From positions 576,001-640,000 of the forward strand of contig OY968762.1 of the NCBI GenBank assembly GCA_963695225.1: a DNA stretch of 64,000 nucleotides, given 5' to 3'. Under the pieces are notes generated by a model, which did no database searches, had not been told where the DNA came from, and saw only the letters and a list, made by a program, of their open reading frames with translations. This DNA comes from Vulcanimicrobiota bacterium. Its GTDB lineage: Bacteria > Vulcanimicrobiota > Vulcanimicrobiia > Vulcanimicrobiales > Vulcanimicrobiaceae. This document shows positions 30,617 through 40,842 of the stretch, in pieces (position 1 is the first letter of the stretch; every line of letters starts with the position of its first letter). A program made the translations under genes and the position numbers.

Positions 30617-32095
30617 GTGACGGCTGCGATCCCCACGACGTTCGAGCAACGCTCGAACCGCATCGCGTCGCTGCTCCTCCTCATCGTCGCGTTCGGTGCT
30701 TGCTATTACGGCGCGGCGACCCAGCTCTACCGCCACGGCTACATCTCGCACAACCTCCTCTTCTTTGCCGAGAAGGCATTGCTGGCGCAGCACGGCGAGC
30801 CCCCGCGGCTCGTCAACATCGGCTTCGTCTATCCGCCGCTCACGTTCTTGCTCATGCTGCCGTTCGCAGATCCGTTGGCGACGCAGGCGTTCGTCTCCGG
30901 GACGGTCGTCGCGCTCGTGATCACGGCGCTGGACCGCTACCAGATCGACGACGTCGTCCGTTGGACGGCGAAGCTCTACGTCGCATTCTCGCCGCTGGTT
31001 CTCTTCCTCGCGCTCGAGAGTTACGGCGAGCTGCTCTTCTGCGCGGTCTTGGCCGCGAGCATCGCCTACTTCAATCGGTTCCTGCGGCGCAACTATTCGC
31101 TGCATCTCTTCGCGGCCGCCACGCTGCTCGCGCTGACGTTCTTCATCGACTTCCGGAGCGCCGTAGTGCTGCTCGCGGTCGTTCCGGCGATGGCGCTCCC
31201 GTTCGCACGCAGTTCGCCCGCGAAGGCGCTGAGCATCGCGCTGACGGTCAGCGTGCCGACCGCGTTCGTCGCGTCGATGTGGATGTATGTGAACTGGATC
31301 TTCCTCGGCGACCCGTTCGCGTTCCTCGGCGGCGGGGCTTCGTACTTCCGGACGTTCGCGGCGCTCCCGGAAGTCCTCGCGGTGAGAGGCGACCCGGGCG
31401 CGGCGCTCCTGTTCTCCGCGCGCGAAATCGCGCGCACCCTTCCCGTTACGCTGCCGTATTTCGTCGGGCTCGTCGCGCTGCGCGAGGGTGGACCGAGCGA
31501 ATCGTACCCCTATGCGCGGGCGACGATCTACCTCGCACCGGTCATGCTGCTCGTCCTCTCGGTGTTCGGAGGAATCTATCGGCCGACGTTCGCGTTCTTC
31601 GGTCTGTTCGTCTTCGTGTTCATCTTGAACCTGGATCGCATGCGCTTCGCACCGGCGCTGGCCGCGGGCCTCGTGCTCGGGATCGCCGGCGCGTTCTTCG
31701 CGCCGCTCGACTCGCCAAGCGCAGAGGAGCGCGACTTCGCGGCGGCTCTCTCCGGGCGCCCGGTGGTCTCGCAGATCGCAGAGTACGAGTCGATCGCGCG
31801 GAGAGTCTCCGACGCTACTCCTGCGGAGCGCATCCTGCTCGACGACGCCTATCTCTTCCCGCTCGTCTATCTGATCGGAACGCCGGACCGGTTCTTGCTC
31901 CCCTATCAATACGAATACACGACGGCGCTTTCGCAACCGCGCGCCTTCGCTCGCTACGTGATCGTCGCCCGCATGCCGGACGATACGCTTCGGGCGCTGT
32001 ATCCGGCCACGGAACGTGGAGACTTGCCGGGGTTTCGCGAAATCCTTCGAACGGACCGCTTCATCACTTTCGAACGAGTTGGAGCTTTGAATTGA
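30617..32095 (+). CDS. Polytopic membrane protein, GT-C-like glycosyltransferase candidate
   Basis: About 11 TM segments, FVYPP motif in first loop, soluble C-terminal domain. Confidence 0.65.
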   Translation: MTAAIPTTFEQRSNRIASLLLLIVAFGACYYGAATQLYRHGYISHNLLFFAEKALLAQHGEPPRLVNIGFVYPPLTFLLMLPFADPLATQAFVSGTVVALVITALDRYQIDDVVRWTAKLYVAFSPLVLFLALESYGELLFCAVLAASIAYFNRFLRRNYSLHLFAAATLLALTFFIDFRSAVVLLAVVPAMALPFARSSPAKALSIALTVSVPTAFVASMWMYVNWIFLGDPFAFLGGGASYFRTFAALPEVLAVRGDPGAALLFSAREIARTLPVTLPYFVGLVALREGGPSESYPYARATIYLAPVMLLVLSVFGGIYRPTFAFFGLFVFVFILNLDRMRFAPALAAGLVLGIAGAFFAPLDSPSAEERDFAAALSGRPVVSQIAEYESIARRVSDATPAERILLDDAYLFPLVYLIGTPDRFLLPYQYEYTTALSQPRAFARYVIVARMPDDTLRALYPATERGDLPGFREILRTDRFITFERVGALN

Positions 32096-33948
32096 AACGA
32101 CCGTTTCTCGCGACGCTGCTGGCCGCCGTCGTCTGGCTGGCCGCAGGGGCCGGCCGCGCCGAGGCAGCGCACGACGAGACGATCGGATTCCCTCAGCTCG
32201 GTTACCGCGAGGCGGTGACGCTGAACGGAGTCTACCCCACGTTCACGCTCAACCTGCCGCGGTTCTCCTCGATGCAGAAGGCGACGCTGCTGCTGACGTT
32301 GCACGTCTCGCCCCTCGTGAACGAGAGTTCCTCGTTCACGGTCCTCGTCAACGACACGCCCGTCTTCGCGCGGTTCGTGCGAGATATCGGGCGCGATCCG
32401 CACCTCGAGATTCCGCTTCCGATCGAGCCGTCGCATACGCGGAACCTGGCGATCGGCATTCACGGATACCTCACGATGACGAACGACATCTGCGCCGACC
32501 TCCAGGCGAAAGGGCTCTACGTCACGATCGACCCGGCGAGCGCGATCCGCGTTCGCGTCGACGACGCCAATCCCGCGATCTCCGACTTCTTTCGCTCCTA
32601 CGGAGGCCGAATCGGCGTCGTCGCGCGGACGGACTCGCTCGATACCCCGAATCTCGACGTCGTCGCTCTTCCGTATTTCATCCGGCAGATCGAGGCCTGG
32701 CATCAGCCGGCGATCGAGCTCGTCGGCGCCCCGGACCCCGCGCGTCGAACGATCGTCTTGCGGCCCGGGACGACCTCGATCGACCGTGCTCGTTCGGTCC
32801 TCTCGATCGACCCGAGCGCGATCGGTTCCCTGACCCCGCGCACCGTCGACGCGCTGCTCGGAAGTTCGGCGAAGAACGTGACTTCGGCGGCCGATGCGCG
32901 CGACGTGCCGGCAGGGCGTCAGGCGGCGATCGGCGACTTCGGCCTGCATCCGCCGACGCTCTCCGGTTTCGGCGACCTCGTCTATGAAGCTCCGCTCTAT
33001 GCGAACTCGTTCGGCGGGACGCCGAAGGGCTTGGTCCTGCATCTCTTGCTCTCGCACACGCCGCTGCTCGCAAACACGACGGGGATGCTGCAGGTGCAGC
33101 TCAACGGGCGCCTGGTCGCCGCGCGGGAACTCGGGCGGGCCGGAGGGACGGAGACGCTCGATGCTCCTCTCCCGGCCAACCTGCTGTCGAGCGTGAGCAG
33201 CCTGCGCGTCGTCGTCTCGTATTACATCGGGCAGGGCTCGTGCCGCGGCAGTTCGCCCTCGCTCACGGCGAGCATCCTCGACGGCTCCTCGCTCGCCTGG
33301 GATTCCGTGGACACGACGGTCTCCGGGCTGTCGGATTTCGTGAAGTCGATGGGAGGACGGGTCGTCGTCCTCGTCGCCGATCCGCGCTTCATACCGGCGG
33401 CGTTCCGGTTCATGAGCGAGCTCGGGACGCTCAACTCCGGCATCGGCGACGTCAGCGTCGCACGCTTCACCGGAACCGTTCCCTCCGGCTACGACTACGC
33501 GATCCTCTTCGCGCCGCCCGCGGCGCTCGGCGACGCGCCGCTCGCCGTGCGCCCGACGAACGAACGTTTCCGCGTCGTCAACCCGCAGACCGGCCGCGAG
33601 ATATTCTCGGCAACGGAAGACCGCCCGTTCGCGACGATTCAGACCGCGCGAATCGGCGGAACCGAGGCGCTCGTCTTCTCATATTACCGCGATCCCGCGG
33701 CGATCGCACGGCTCGAGAACCTCGCGATCGGCGATCTTCTCACGCAGACGGGGAACGTCGCATTCGTCGGCGACAACGTCGTCGGCTACAGCATCGGTCC
33801 CCGCATGCGCGTCGTCTACGCGCAACGGACCGCAGCCGAGCTGCTCTGGGAACGTGCCCGGCTGCCCCTGCTGCTGCTGCTCGTCGCCCTCGTCCTGATC
33901 GGGACGCTCTTCGCTTCGCGCCGCTTGACGGGTCGAATCGAACCGTGA
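32092..33948 (+). CDS. BcsB-like periplasmic polysaccharide-synthase partner
   Basis: Signal peptide, two jelly-roll-like repeats (LHVSP...TVLVND; LSHTP...QVQLNG) each with a Cys, single C-terminal TM anchor; TTG start overlaps upstream stop. Confidence 0.7.
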   Translation: MKRPFLATLLAAVVWLAAGAGRAEAAHDETIGFPQLGYREAVTLNGVYPTFTLNLPRFSSMQKATLLLTLHVSPLVNESSSFTVLVNDTPVFARFVRDIGRDPHLEIPLPIEPSHTRNLAIGIHGYLTMTNDICADLQAKGLYVTIDPASAIRVRVDDANPAISDFFRSYGGRIGVVARTDSLDTPNLDVVALPYFIRQIEAWHQPAIELVGAPDPARRTIVLRPGTTSIDRARSVLSIDPSAIGSLTPRTVDALLGSSAKNVTSAADARDVPAGRQAAIGDFGLHPPTLSGFGDLVYEAPLYANSFGGTPKGLVLHLLLSHTPLLANTTGMLQVQLNGRLVAARELGRAGGTETLDAPLPANLLSSVSSLRVVVSYYIGQGSCRGSSPSLTASILDGSSLAWDSVDTTVSGLSDFVKSMGGRVVVLVADPRFIPAAFRFMSELGTLNSGIGDVSVARFTGTVPSGYDYAILFAPPAALGDAPLAVRPTNERFRVVNPQTGREIFSATEDRPFATIQTARIGGTEALVFSYYRDPAAIARLENLAIGDLLTQTGNVAFVGDNVVGYSIGPRMRVVYAQRTAAELLWERARLPLLLLLVALVLIGTLFASRRLTGRIEP

Positions 33949-35831
33949 GCGTCGACGCCGGCGTCGTCGAGCGGCTCATCGAGAGGGGCCTCGTCACGCC
34001 GGACGAGCTGGCGGCGGCCGAGGCGGTGCGCCGCCGCTCCGGCGGAGAGCTGGGCTGGATCCTCGCCTCGCAAGGCGTGGTGACGCGACGCGAGTATTTC
34101 CGGGCGCTCGGCGCTTCGCTCGGCTTGCAGCTCGTCGAAGATATCGAGGAGATGCGGCGCCGGATCGATCTCGATCTGCTCGAAGGCCTCTCGTACGAGG
34201 ACGTGCTGCGCTACGAGTTCGTCCCGCTGGCGCGCACGCCGGGCGGCGGCATCTCGGTCGCGACGCCGCGCCCGAACGACGCCGCGATGCTCGCTTTCGT
34301 TCGCGAGCGCTACGGGGTCGAGGACGTCGAGCAGTCGCTCGTGACCGATCTCGATCTCACCATCATCACGTCGCGGACGTTCCGCGACATCTTGGTGGAA
34401 GACGCCGTCATGAAGAACTTCAGGCGCGATCCGGAACAGAGCGCGCGCAGCGTCTTCACCAAGACGCAGCTCCTGTTCGTGGCGGTCGTCTTCGTGGGTC
34501 TGATCCTCTGGACGTATTTCGATCCGCTGCCGTGCCTCGCGCTCGTCAGCGGCGGGCTTCAGCTCTTCTACATCTCCTCGATCGCGTTCAAGGTCTTCTT
34601 GAGCATCGCCGGGGCGACGAACGAGATCCGCCAGCCCGTCTCGCAAGCGGAGATCGACCACCTCGACGAGCTGGATCTGCCGGTGTATTCGGTGCTCGTC
34701 CCGCTTTACAAGGAGCCGGAGACCGTCGGCCAACTCGTGACGGGCCTCTCGAAGCTCGACTACCCCCAGGACAGGCTCGACGTCTTGTTGTTGTTCGAAG
34801 AGGACGATCTCATGACGCTCGAGGCCGCGAAGGCCTCCCGCCCGCCCGCGAACTGGCGCTTCGTGATCGTCCCCAATCGGCAGCCCCGCACGAAGCCGAA
34901 GGCTTGCAACTACGGCCTGTTCTTCGCTCGCGGCGAGTATCTCGTGATCTACGACGCCGAGGACATCCCCGATCCCGCGCAGTTGAAGATGGCGGTGATC
35001 GCGTTCCGCAAGAACCCGAGCAACTACGTCTGCTTCCAGGCGGCGCTGAATTACTTCAACAGCTCCGAGAACCTGCTCACGCGGATGTTCACGCTCGAGT
35101 ACTCGTACTGGTTCGATTATCTGATCCCGGGGCTCGACCGGCTCGGGCTTCCGATTCCGCTCGGCGGCACGAGCAATCACTTCGATGCCGCGAAACTCCG
35201 CTTGCTCGGCGGCTGGGACCCGTTCAACACGACCGAGGATGCCGACCTCGGAATCCGCGCCGCGGCGCAGCGCTATCGCGTCGGCTTCATCAACTCGACG
35301 ACCTACGAAGAGGCGAACAGCGCCCTCGACAACTGGATTCGGCAGCGATCGCGTTGGGTCAAAGGCTACATGCAGACGTTCCTCGTCTACTGGCGGCGGC
35401 CGCTCGGCTTGATCCAGCAAATCGGGTTGCGCGACTTCCTCGCCTTCAATCTCTTCATCGGGGGGACGCCGGCGACGTTTCTGGCGGCGCCTCCGCTGTG
35501 GGGGATATTCCTCCTCTGGCTCTTCACGCGCTCCACGCTGATCGAGCCGCTGTTCCCGGATTGGGTGCTCTACGTCGCGCTCTTGAATCTGCTCCTCGGG
35601 AACTTCCTGGGTATCTATCTCAATATGATCGCCGTCTATCTCCGCAAGAACTACGCGCTGCTGCCGTACTCGCTCTTGAATCCGTTCTACTGGATCCTCC
35701 ACTCGTTCGCGGCCTACAAGGCCCTGTGGCAGCTCTTCACCAAGCCGTTCTACTGGGAGAAGACGCGGCACGGCCTCTCGCGCGTCCGGCCGCGTAGCGC
35801 CCCCGAAGAGCGCATGGCGGCAGGCTCGTGA
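33945..35831 (+). CDS. Processive GT2 synthase with N-terminal MshEN/T2SSE_N-like domain
   Basis: VPLYKE, TKPKACN, YDAED, TEDADLG, QRSRW, C-terminal TMs; N-terminus LIERGLVTPDEL...ELGWILASQG. Confidence 0.85.
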   Translation: MSVDAGVVERLIERGLVTPDELAAAEAVRRRSGGELGWILASQGVVTRREYFRALGASLGLQLVEDIEEMRRRIDLDLLEGLSYEDVLRYEFVPLARTPGGGISVATPRPNDAAMLAFVRERYGVEDVEQSLVTDLDLTIITSRTFRDILVEDAVMKNFRRDPEQSARSVFTKTQLLFVAVVFVGLILWTYFDPLPCLALVSGGLQLFYISSIAFKVFLSIAGATNEIRQPVSQAEIDHLDELDLPVYSVLVPLYKEPETVGQLVTGLSKLDYPQDRLDVLLLFEEDDLMTLEAAKASRPPANWRFVIVPNRQPRTKPKACNYGLFFARGEYLVIYDAEDIPDPAQLKMAVIAFRKNPSNYVCFQAALNYFNSSENLLTRMFTLEYSYWFDYLIPGLDRLGLPIPLGGTSNHFDAAKLRLLGGWDPFNTTEDADLGIRAAAQRYRVGFINSTTYEEANSALDNWIRQRSRWVKGYMQTFLVYWRRPLGLIQQIGLRDFLAFNLFIGGTPATFLAAPPLWGIFLLWLFTRSTLIEPLFPDWVLYVALLNLLLGNFLGIYLNMIAVYLRKNYALLPYSLLNPFYWILHSFAAYKALWQLFTKPFYWEKTRHGLSRVRPRSAPEERMAAGS

Positions 35832-36580
35832 GCGGGGAGGCGCGGCGCGGCGGGCACGTGCTCGTGGTCGACGACGACCCGGACGTGCGGCGTCTCGTCC
35901 GGCTCGTGCTCGAAAACGCCGGGTTCGCCGTCTCCGAAATTCCGGACGGCCGCCTCGCCGTCGGCGAGGCTTCGCGCTTGCGGCCGGACTTGATCTTGAT
36001 CGATTGGGTCATGGCGGACCTCGACGGATGCGCCGCGACCGCGCAGCTCAAGCGCGACCCGAGGACCGCGCAAATTCCCGTCGTGATGATGAGCGCCAAG
36101 CTCAACGCGGCCGACAAGATCGACGCGCTCGCGGCCGGAGTCGGCGATTTCGTCGATAAGCCGTTTCATGCCGCCGACCTGCTCGCGAAGGTGCGCCACC
36201 ACGTCCGGCAGCGGCGTCAGGGCGAGCCGGAGCCGGCGTCCGGCACGGCCCCCACTCCCGGGGCTGCGCTGGATCTCGATGACCTCACGGCCGCCGCGGA
36301 CGCCGCGGCGGCTCGCAAGGACTACGACGCGGCCGCCAAGTCCTATTCGCTCGCGGCGGAGGCGGCTGTCGGCGGCGGCGATTCGGACCTCGGGAACAAG
36401 CTCTTGCGGCTCGCCGGAAAGATGCGCCTGCTGCAAGCCGAGGCGTGCGCCGATCCCCAGAGCATGCACGATGCGTACCGCGCCGCCGCGCGCTTCTTCC
36501 TCGCCGCCGGGAACCTCTCGCTCGCAACGCAGGCGAACGCCGCCGCGAAAGCCGCGCTCGGTCGAGTGCCGCCCGCATGA
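35828..36580 (+). CDS. Response regulator (REC plus helical TPR-like tail, no DNA-binding domain evident)
   Basis: VVDDD, LILIDWVM, MMSA, KPF; Ala-rich helical C-terminus. Confidence 0.85.
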   Translation: MSGEARRGGHVLVVDDDPDVRRLVRLVLENAGFAVSEIPDGRLAVGEASRLRPDLILIDWVMADLDGCAATAQLKRDPRTAQIPVVMMSAKLNAADKIDALAAGVGDFVDKPFHAADLLAKVRHHVRQRRQGEPEPASGTAPTPGAALDLDDLTAAADAAAARKDYDAAAKSYSLAAEAAVGGGDSDLGNKLLRLAGKMRLLQAEACADPQSMHDAYRAAARFFLAAGNLSLATQANAAAKAALGRVPPA

Positions 36581-38439
36581 ACGCGGCCGGCCCGCGCGTC
36601 GGAAACCTGATGGAGGCGCTCTCGCTGCGCCCCCGGTTCCTCGTCGGGCTCGGGCTCGTCGCGGCGCTCGCGATCGCGCAGTACCTGCTCCTGACGCACG
36701 CGATCTCGGAGCAGCAGCAGATCGGAACCGCGCTGAACGCGGCGGGCTTCCAGCGCTCGCTCGTCCAGCGCGTCGCGCTCTATGCGGGCCGGCTCGCCGA
36801 TCCCGCGCCGCAGACGAACCAAGAAGCGGACCGCCGCGCTCTCCTCGCCGCGGTCGACTTGCTGGAACGCCGCAACCAGCAGTTGATCAACGGCGAGTCC
36901 GAACTGAATCCGCAAGGTTGGCCGCCCGCCTCCGTCCGCCGCATCTTCTTCGAACAGCAGCCGCCGCTCGAACGCGAACTCGGCGCATTCATCGCGAAGG
37001 CACGCCGCCTCGCAGCGCTTCCCGACGACCGCGTTTCCCTCGACCGCGAGGACCTCGCGGGCGTCATCGGGCCGCAGGAAAGCCTGTTGGAGGCGCTCGA
37101 TCGCGTCGTCGCGGCGTATCTCGAAGACGCCGCGTACCGGAACGATCGGCTCTATTCGATCGAGCGCGCGACGTTCGCGGCGCTGCTCATCACGCTGATC
37201 GGCGTGTTCTACATCCTCTTCCGGCCGGTCGAGGGGAAGATCGCCGAACAGCGCGCCGAGCTCGTTCACGAAAACGACAGCCTCACGAACGTCGTGCGCA
37301 GCTCGCGCGCGTTGGTCGAGTCGCTCTCCTACGAGTCGCTCGTCGCGCGCTTCGTCGAAGGCGCGACGCGGATCCTCGGCGTGGACGCGCTGCCGATCCG
37401 CAGCTCCGAGCTCGATCTCGTCGAAGCACCGGGCTCCATTCCCTTCGAGCGCCTCTCGTCGTCGGAGCGCGCGCTCGTGCGCGACGCCTCGCGCGCGGGC
37501 GGCTTGCGCGCGAACGCGGACGCCACGCTCGTCGCGCATGCGATCGCGCTCCCTCCTGCGGAGCGCCGCCTCGCGATCGTCGCGCGCAGCGCGACGCCGA
37601 TCCCGCGCAGCGACCTAACCGCTCTCGAGTTCTTCGGCTCGTACTTGATGCTGGCGGCGCGGAACGCCTCGCTGTTCGGCGACCTGCGCGACCGCGAAGC
37701 GCGCATCGCGGAACTCGACAAGCTCAAGAGCGACCTGATCGCGATGCTCGCTCACGACTTCCGCGGATCGCTCACGACGATCATCGGATACGCGGAGCTC
37801 CTCAAAGAGGGCTTGCTCGCCGGCGACGAGGTCGTGCCGGCGGCGCAGACGATCGAAAGCGCCGCGTGGCGTCTGACGCACCTCGCCTCCGACACGCTGA
37901 CGATGTCGCAGCTGGAACGGAACGAAATCGCGCTCAATCGCGCGCCCGCCGATCTCGTCGAACTCCTCGCCGCAGCGATTCACGGCGTCCATCAGCCCGA
38001 ACGCGTCACGCTCCATTGCGAGGAACCTTCGCTCGAAGTCGACTGCGATGCGCGCCGGATCCATCAAGTCGTCGAAAATCTGATCGGCAACGCGGTGAAA
38101 TACTCCGGCCCCGCCGGCCCCGTCGACGTCACGCTCTCGCGCAACGGCGACTGGGCCAAGATCGAGATCGCCGATCGCGGGATCGGCATCCCGAAGGCCG
38201 ACCTCCAGCGCGTCTTCGAGCGCTTTGCACGAGCGGACAACGCCAAGAAGGCCGGGATCAAAGGGACGGGTTTCGGCCTCTATCTCAGCCGGATGCTCGT
38301 CGAGTTGCACGGCGGAAAGATCGGTGTGGAGAGCGAGGAAGGGCGCGGCAGCACGTTCACGCTCTTGCTTCCGGTCGGGACTGCGGGGCAGGCTGCGTCC
38401 ACGCTCGCCGGGCAACTCCCGGCGAACGACCCACGCTAG
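36577..38439 (+). CDS. Sensor histidine kinase with NarX/PilJ-like periplasmic domain and GAF-like region
   Basis: TM1-LNAAGFQRSLVQR-TM2; AHDFRGSL H-box, NLIGNAVKYS, DRGIG, GTGFGL. Confidence 0.9.
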   Translation: MNAAGPRVGNLMEALSLRPRFLVGLGLVAALAIAQYLLLTHAISEQQQIGTALNAAGFQRSLVQRVALYAGRLADPAPQTNQEADRRALLAAVDLLERRNQQLINGESELNPQGWPPASVRRIFFEQQPPLERELGAFIAKARRLAALPDDRVSLDREDLAGVIGPQESLLEALDRVVAAYLEDAAYRNDRLYSIERATFAALLITLIGVFYILFRPVEGKIAEQRAELVHENDSLTNVVRSSRALVESLSYESLVARFVEGATRILGVDALPIRSSELDLVEAPGSIPFERLSSSERALVRDASRAGGLRANADATLVAHAIALPPAERRLAIVARSATPIPRSDLTALEFFGSYLMLAARNASLFGDLRDREARIAELDKLKSDLIAMLAHDFRGSLTTIIGYAELLKEGLLAGDEVVPAAQTIESAAWRLTHLASDTLTMSQLERNEIALNRAPADLVELLAAAIHGVHQPERVTLHCEEPSLEVDCDARRIHQVVENLIGNAVKYSGPAGPVDVTLSRNGDWAKIEIADRGIGIPKADLQRVFERFARADNAKKAGIKGTGFGLYLSRMLVELHGGKIGVESEEGRGSTFTLLLPVGTAGQAASTLAGQLPANDPR

Positions 38440-38451
38440 GTTTCCTCGCGC

Positions 38452-40842
38452 TCAGGGATCGACGTTGACGATCAGGCGCGTCGCGCGGTCGCGCCGCGCG
38501 AGCGGCTGGAGCGTCTCGGCGACGTATGCGGCGACCGGTTCGGCGCGTTCGCTCTTGACGGCGATCCGATAGCGCCATTCGCCGTTCACGCGCGCGACCG
38601 CGAACGGAGCGGGGCCGAGGACTTCCGCTGCGACGTCGCGTCGTAAATCGGCCGCGTACCGCGCCGCGGCGCTCTTGACCGCGTCGAGCGCGCGGCCGAC
38701 GACCGCGATGTAGACGAGCGCGCCGAAGGGCGGATAGCGCAACGCCCTGCGGCTCGCGAGTTCGTCCCTCGCGAACGTCTCGTAATCGTGCGCGGCGGCC
38801 GCGACGATCGCGGCATGCTCCGGCGAATACGTCTGGAGGATCGTCTCCCCCGCGAGAGCGCGCCCGCTCCGTCCCGATACTTGCGTGAGCAGATCGAAGG
38901 TCCGTTCGGAGGCGCGAAAATCGGGGACATGGAGGCCGATGTCGGCCGCCACGACGCCGACGAGCGTGACGGTCGGGAAATCGAGGCCCTTCGCGACCAT
39001 TTGCGTCCCGACCAGGACGTCGCCGCTCCCCGCGAACTCATCGAGCAGGCGCGCGTGATCGCCGACGCGCGTCGTCGTGTCGCTGTCCATGCGCACGATC
39101 GTTGCGCCCGGAAAGAGATCTTGCGCCGCCGCGACGACGCGCTGCGTCCCGACGCCGAATTCGCGGATCGTGTCGGCGCGGCAGCTCGGGCAGCGTGCCG
39201 GGAGCGGGCGCCGCCGGTCGCACAAGTGGCAGCGCAACAGGCCTTCGGCGCGATGGACCGTCAGCGAGACGCTGCAGCGGTCGCACTCCGGGACGAAGCC
39301 GCAGGTGCGGCAGAGCATGAAGGACGCGCTCCCGCGCCGGTTGACGAACAGCACCGCCTTCTCGCGGCGCGCTAGGCATGCGGAGAGCGCCTGCGTCAAC
39401 GCCGTGCTGAAGATTCCGCGGTTCCCCTCGGCGAGTTCGCGCTTGAGGTCGACGACGCGCGTCGGCGGGAGGGGCAGGCGCGTCGCACGTTCGCGCAGGC
39501 GCAGCAGCGCGATTTCCCCGGCGAGCGCCCGCGCGTACGCATCGAGCGGCGGCGTAGCGCTTCCCAGGACGAGCACGCCGCCCTCCAAGCGCATGCGTTC
39601 CCGCGCGACGGCGACCGCCTGATAGCGCGGCGTCCCGTCCTGCTTGTACGACCCCTCGTGCGCTTCGTCGACGACGATCAGCCGGACGTCCGGCAGCGGC
39701 GCGAAGACGGCGCTGCGCGCCCCCACGACGACGTCGATCTCGCCGCGGAGCGCCGCTAGCCACGTGTCGAGGCGCTCGCGCTCGGAGAGCGCGGAATGCA
39801 AGACGGCGACGCGCTCGCCGAACGCCCGCTCGAAGCGGCGCGCGGTCTGCGGCGTCAGCGAGATCTCCGGGACGAGCACGATCGCGCGCCCCCCTTCGGC
39901 GAGGACCGCTGCGATCGCCTCGAGATAGACGAGCGTCTTCCCGCTCCCCGTGATCCCGAACAGCAGCACTTCATCGAACGCGCGGCGCCGCGCGCGCTTG
40001 ACGATCTCCTCGATCGCGGCCTGCTGGTCCGCGGTCGGAGCGTGCTCGCGCTGCATCTCCCGGCGCGCCGGCGCGCGCGAGGCGGGGCGTACGCTCCGCT
40101 CGCGGAGCGCGCCGGCGGCGAGAGCGCGCGCGATCAGCCCGTTCGAGTATCCCGCGTGCCGCGCATCGGCGCGCCGCAGCGTGCCCGAAGCGCGAACGAG
40201 TTCGACGAGCGCGCTCGCGCGCGCGCCTCGGATCGGCGCCTCCCCGGGTTCGAGGACGCGTTCGGTCCGCTCGGCGACGGCCGGCGCGCGCATGCGCCGT
40301 TCCCGGACGAGGCACCCACCGCGCACGAGCGTCCCCAGCGCCTGCAGGAGCGTGCCGCGGTCCCCCGCGCGCCGCGCCTCCGGGTGGCGCAGCAGCGCCT
40401 CGACGGAGAAGCCGCCTGGGAAGTCCTCCCAGATCAACCGCACGAGCCGCGGCGGAACGGACGGGAAGCGCTCGGCCGGCGGCGCCACGCCGGCGAGGCG
40501 GACGCGCTCCTCGACGCGCGGCAACGCGTTCGCATGCACGACCGCCCCGAGCGCCTCGCCGAGGGAGCAGCAATAGTGCGCCGCGACCCAGCGCGCGAGC
40601 GCTAGCCCCGTCTCATCGAACGCGCGGTAATCGGCGACGATCGCCAAGACCGGGCGCAGGCGCCCGTCGTCGGGGACCGGGCGGGGCGCCTCGACGACGT
40701 AACCGTGCACCTCGCGCCCGCCGAGCGGGACGCGCACGACCGAGCCCACCACAAGGCCGAGTTCCGGCGGGGCGAGATAGCTCAGCGGCCGGTCGAACCG
40801 GCTCGTGCGCAAGCGTGCGAGGACGTCGACGGCAAGGATCAG
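38452..40842 (-). CDS. priA: Primosomal protein N'
   Basis: GITGSGKT, VPEISLTPQ, DEAHE, four CxxC pairs, GTQMVAKGLDFP, QVSGRSGR; start uncertain. Confidence 0.95.
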   Translation of the reverse strand: MILAVDVLARLRTSRFDRPLSYLAPPELGLVVGSVVRVPLGGREVHGYVVEAPRPVPDDGRLRPVLAIVADYRAFDETGLALARWVAAHYCCSLGEALGAVVHANALPRVEERVRLAGVAPPAERFPSVPPRLVRLIWEDFPGGFSVEALLRHPEARRAGDRGTLLQALGTLVRGGCLVRERRMRAPAVAERTERVLEPGEAPIRGARASALVELVRASGTLRRADARHAGYSNGLIARALAAGALRERSVRPASRAPARREMQREHAPTADQQAAIEEIVKRARRRAFDEVLLFGITGSGKTLVYLEAIAAVLAEGGRAIVLVPEISLTPQTARRFERAFGERVAVLHSALSERERLDTWLAALRGEIDVVVGARSAVFAPLPDVRLIVVDEAHEGSYKQDGTPRYQAVAVARERMRLEGGVLVLGSATPPLDAYARALAGEIALLRLRERATRLPLPPTRVVDLKRELAEGNRGIFSTALTQALSACLARREKAVLFVNRRGSASFMLCRTCGFVPECDRCSVSLTVHRAEGLLRCHLCDRRRPLPARCPSCRADTIREFGVGTQRVVAAAQDLFPGATIVRMDSDTTTRVGDHARLLDEFAGSGDVLVGTQMVAKGLDFPTVTLVGVVAADIGLHVPDFRASERTFDLLTQVSGRSGRALAGETILQTYSPEHAAIVAAAAHDYETFARDELASRRALRYPPFGALVYIAVVGRALDAVKSAAARYAADLRRDVAAEVLGPAPFAVARVNGEWRYRIAVKSERAEPVAAYVAETLQPLARRDRATRLIVNVDP

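Noticed and set aside
30700..33948. 1082-aa ORF suggesting a larger fusion
   Set aside because: The N-terminal part is an off-frame read of the upstream gene; a signal peptide starts at TTG 32092
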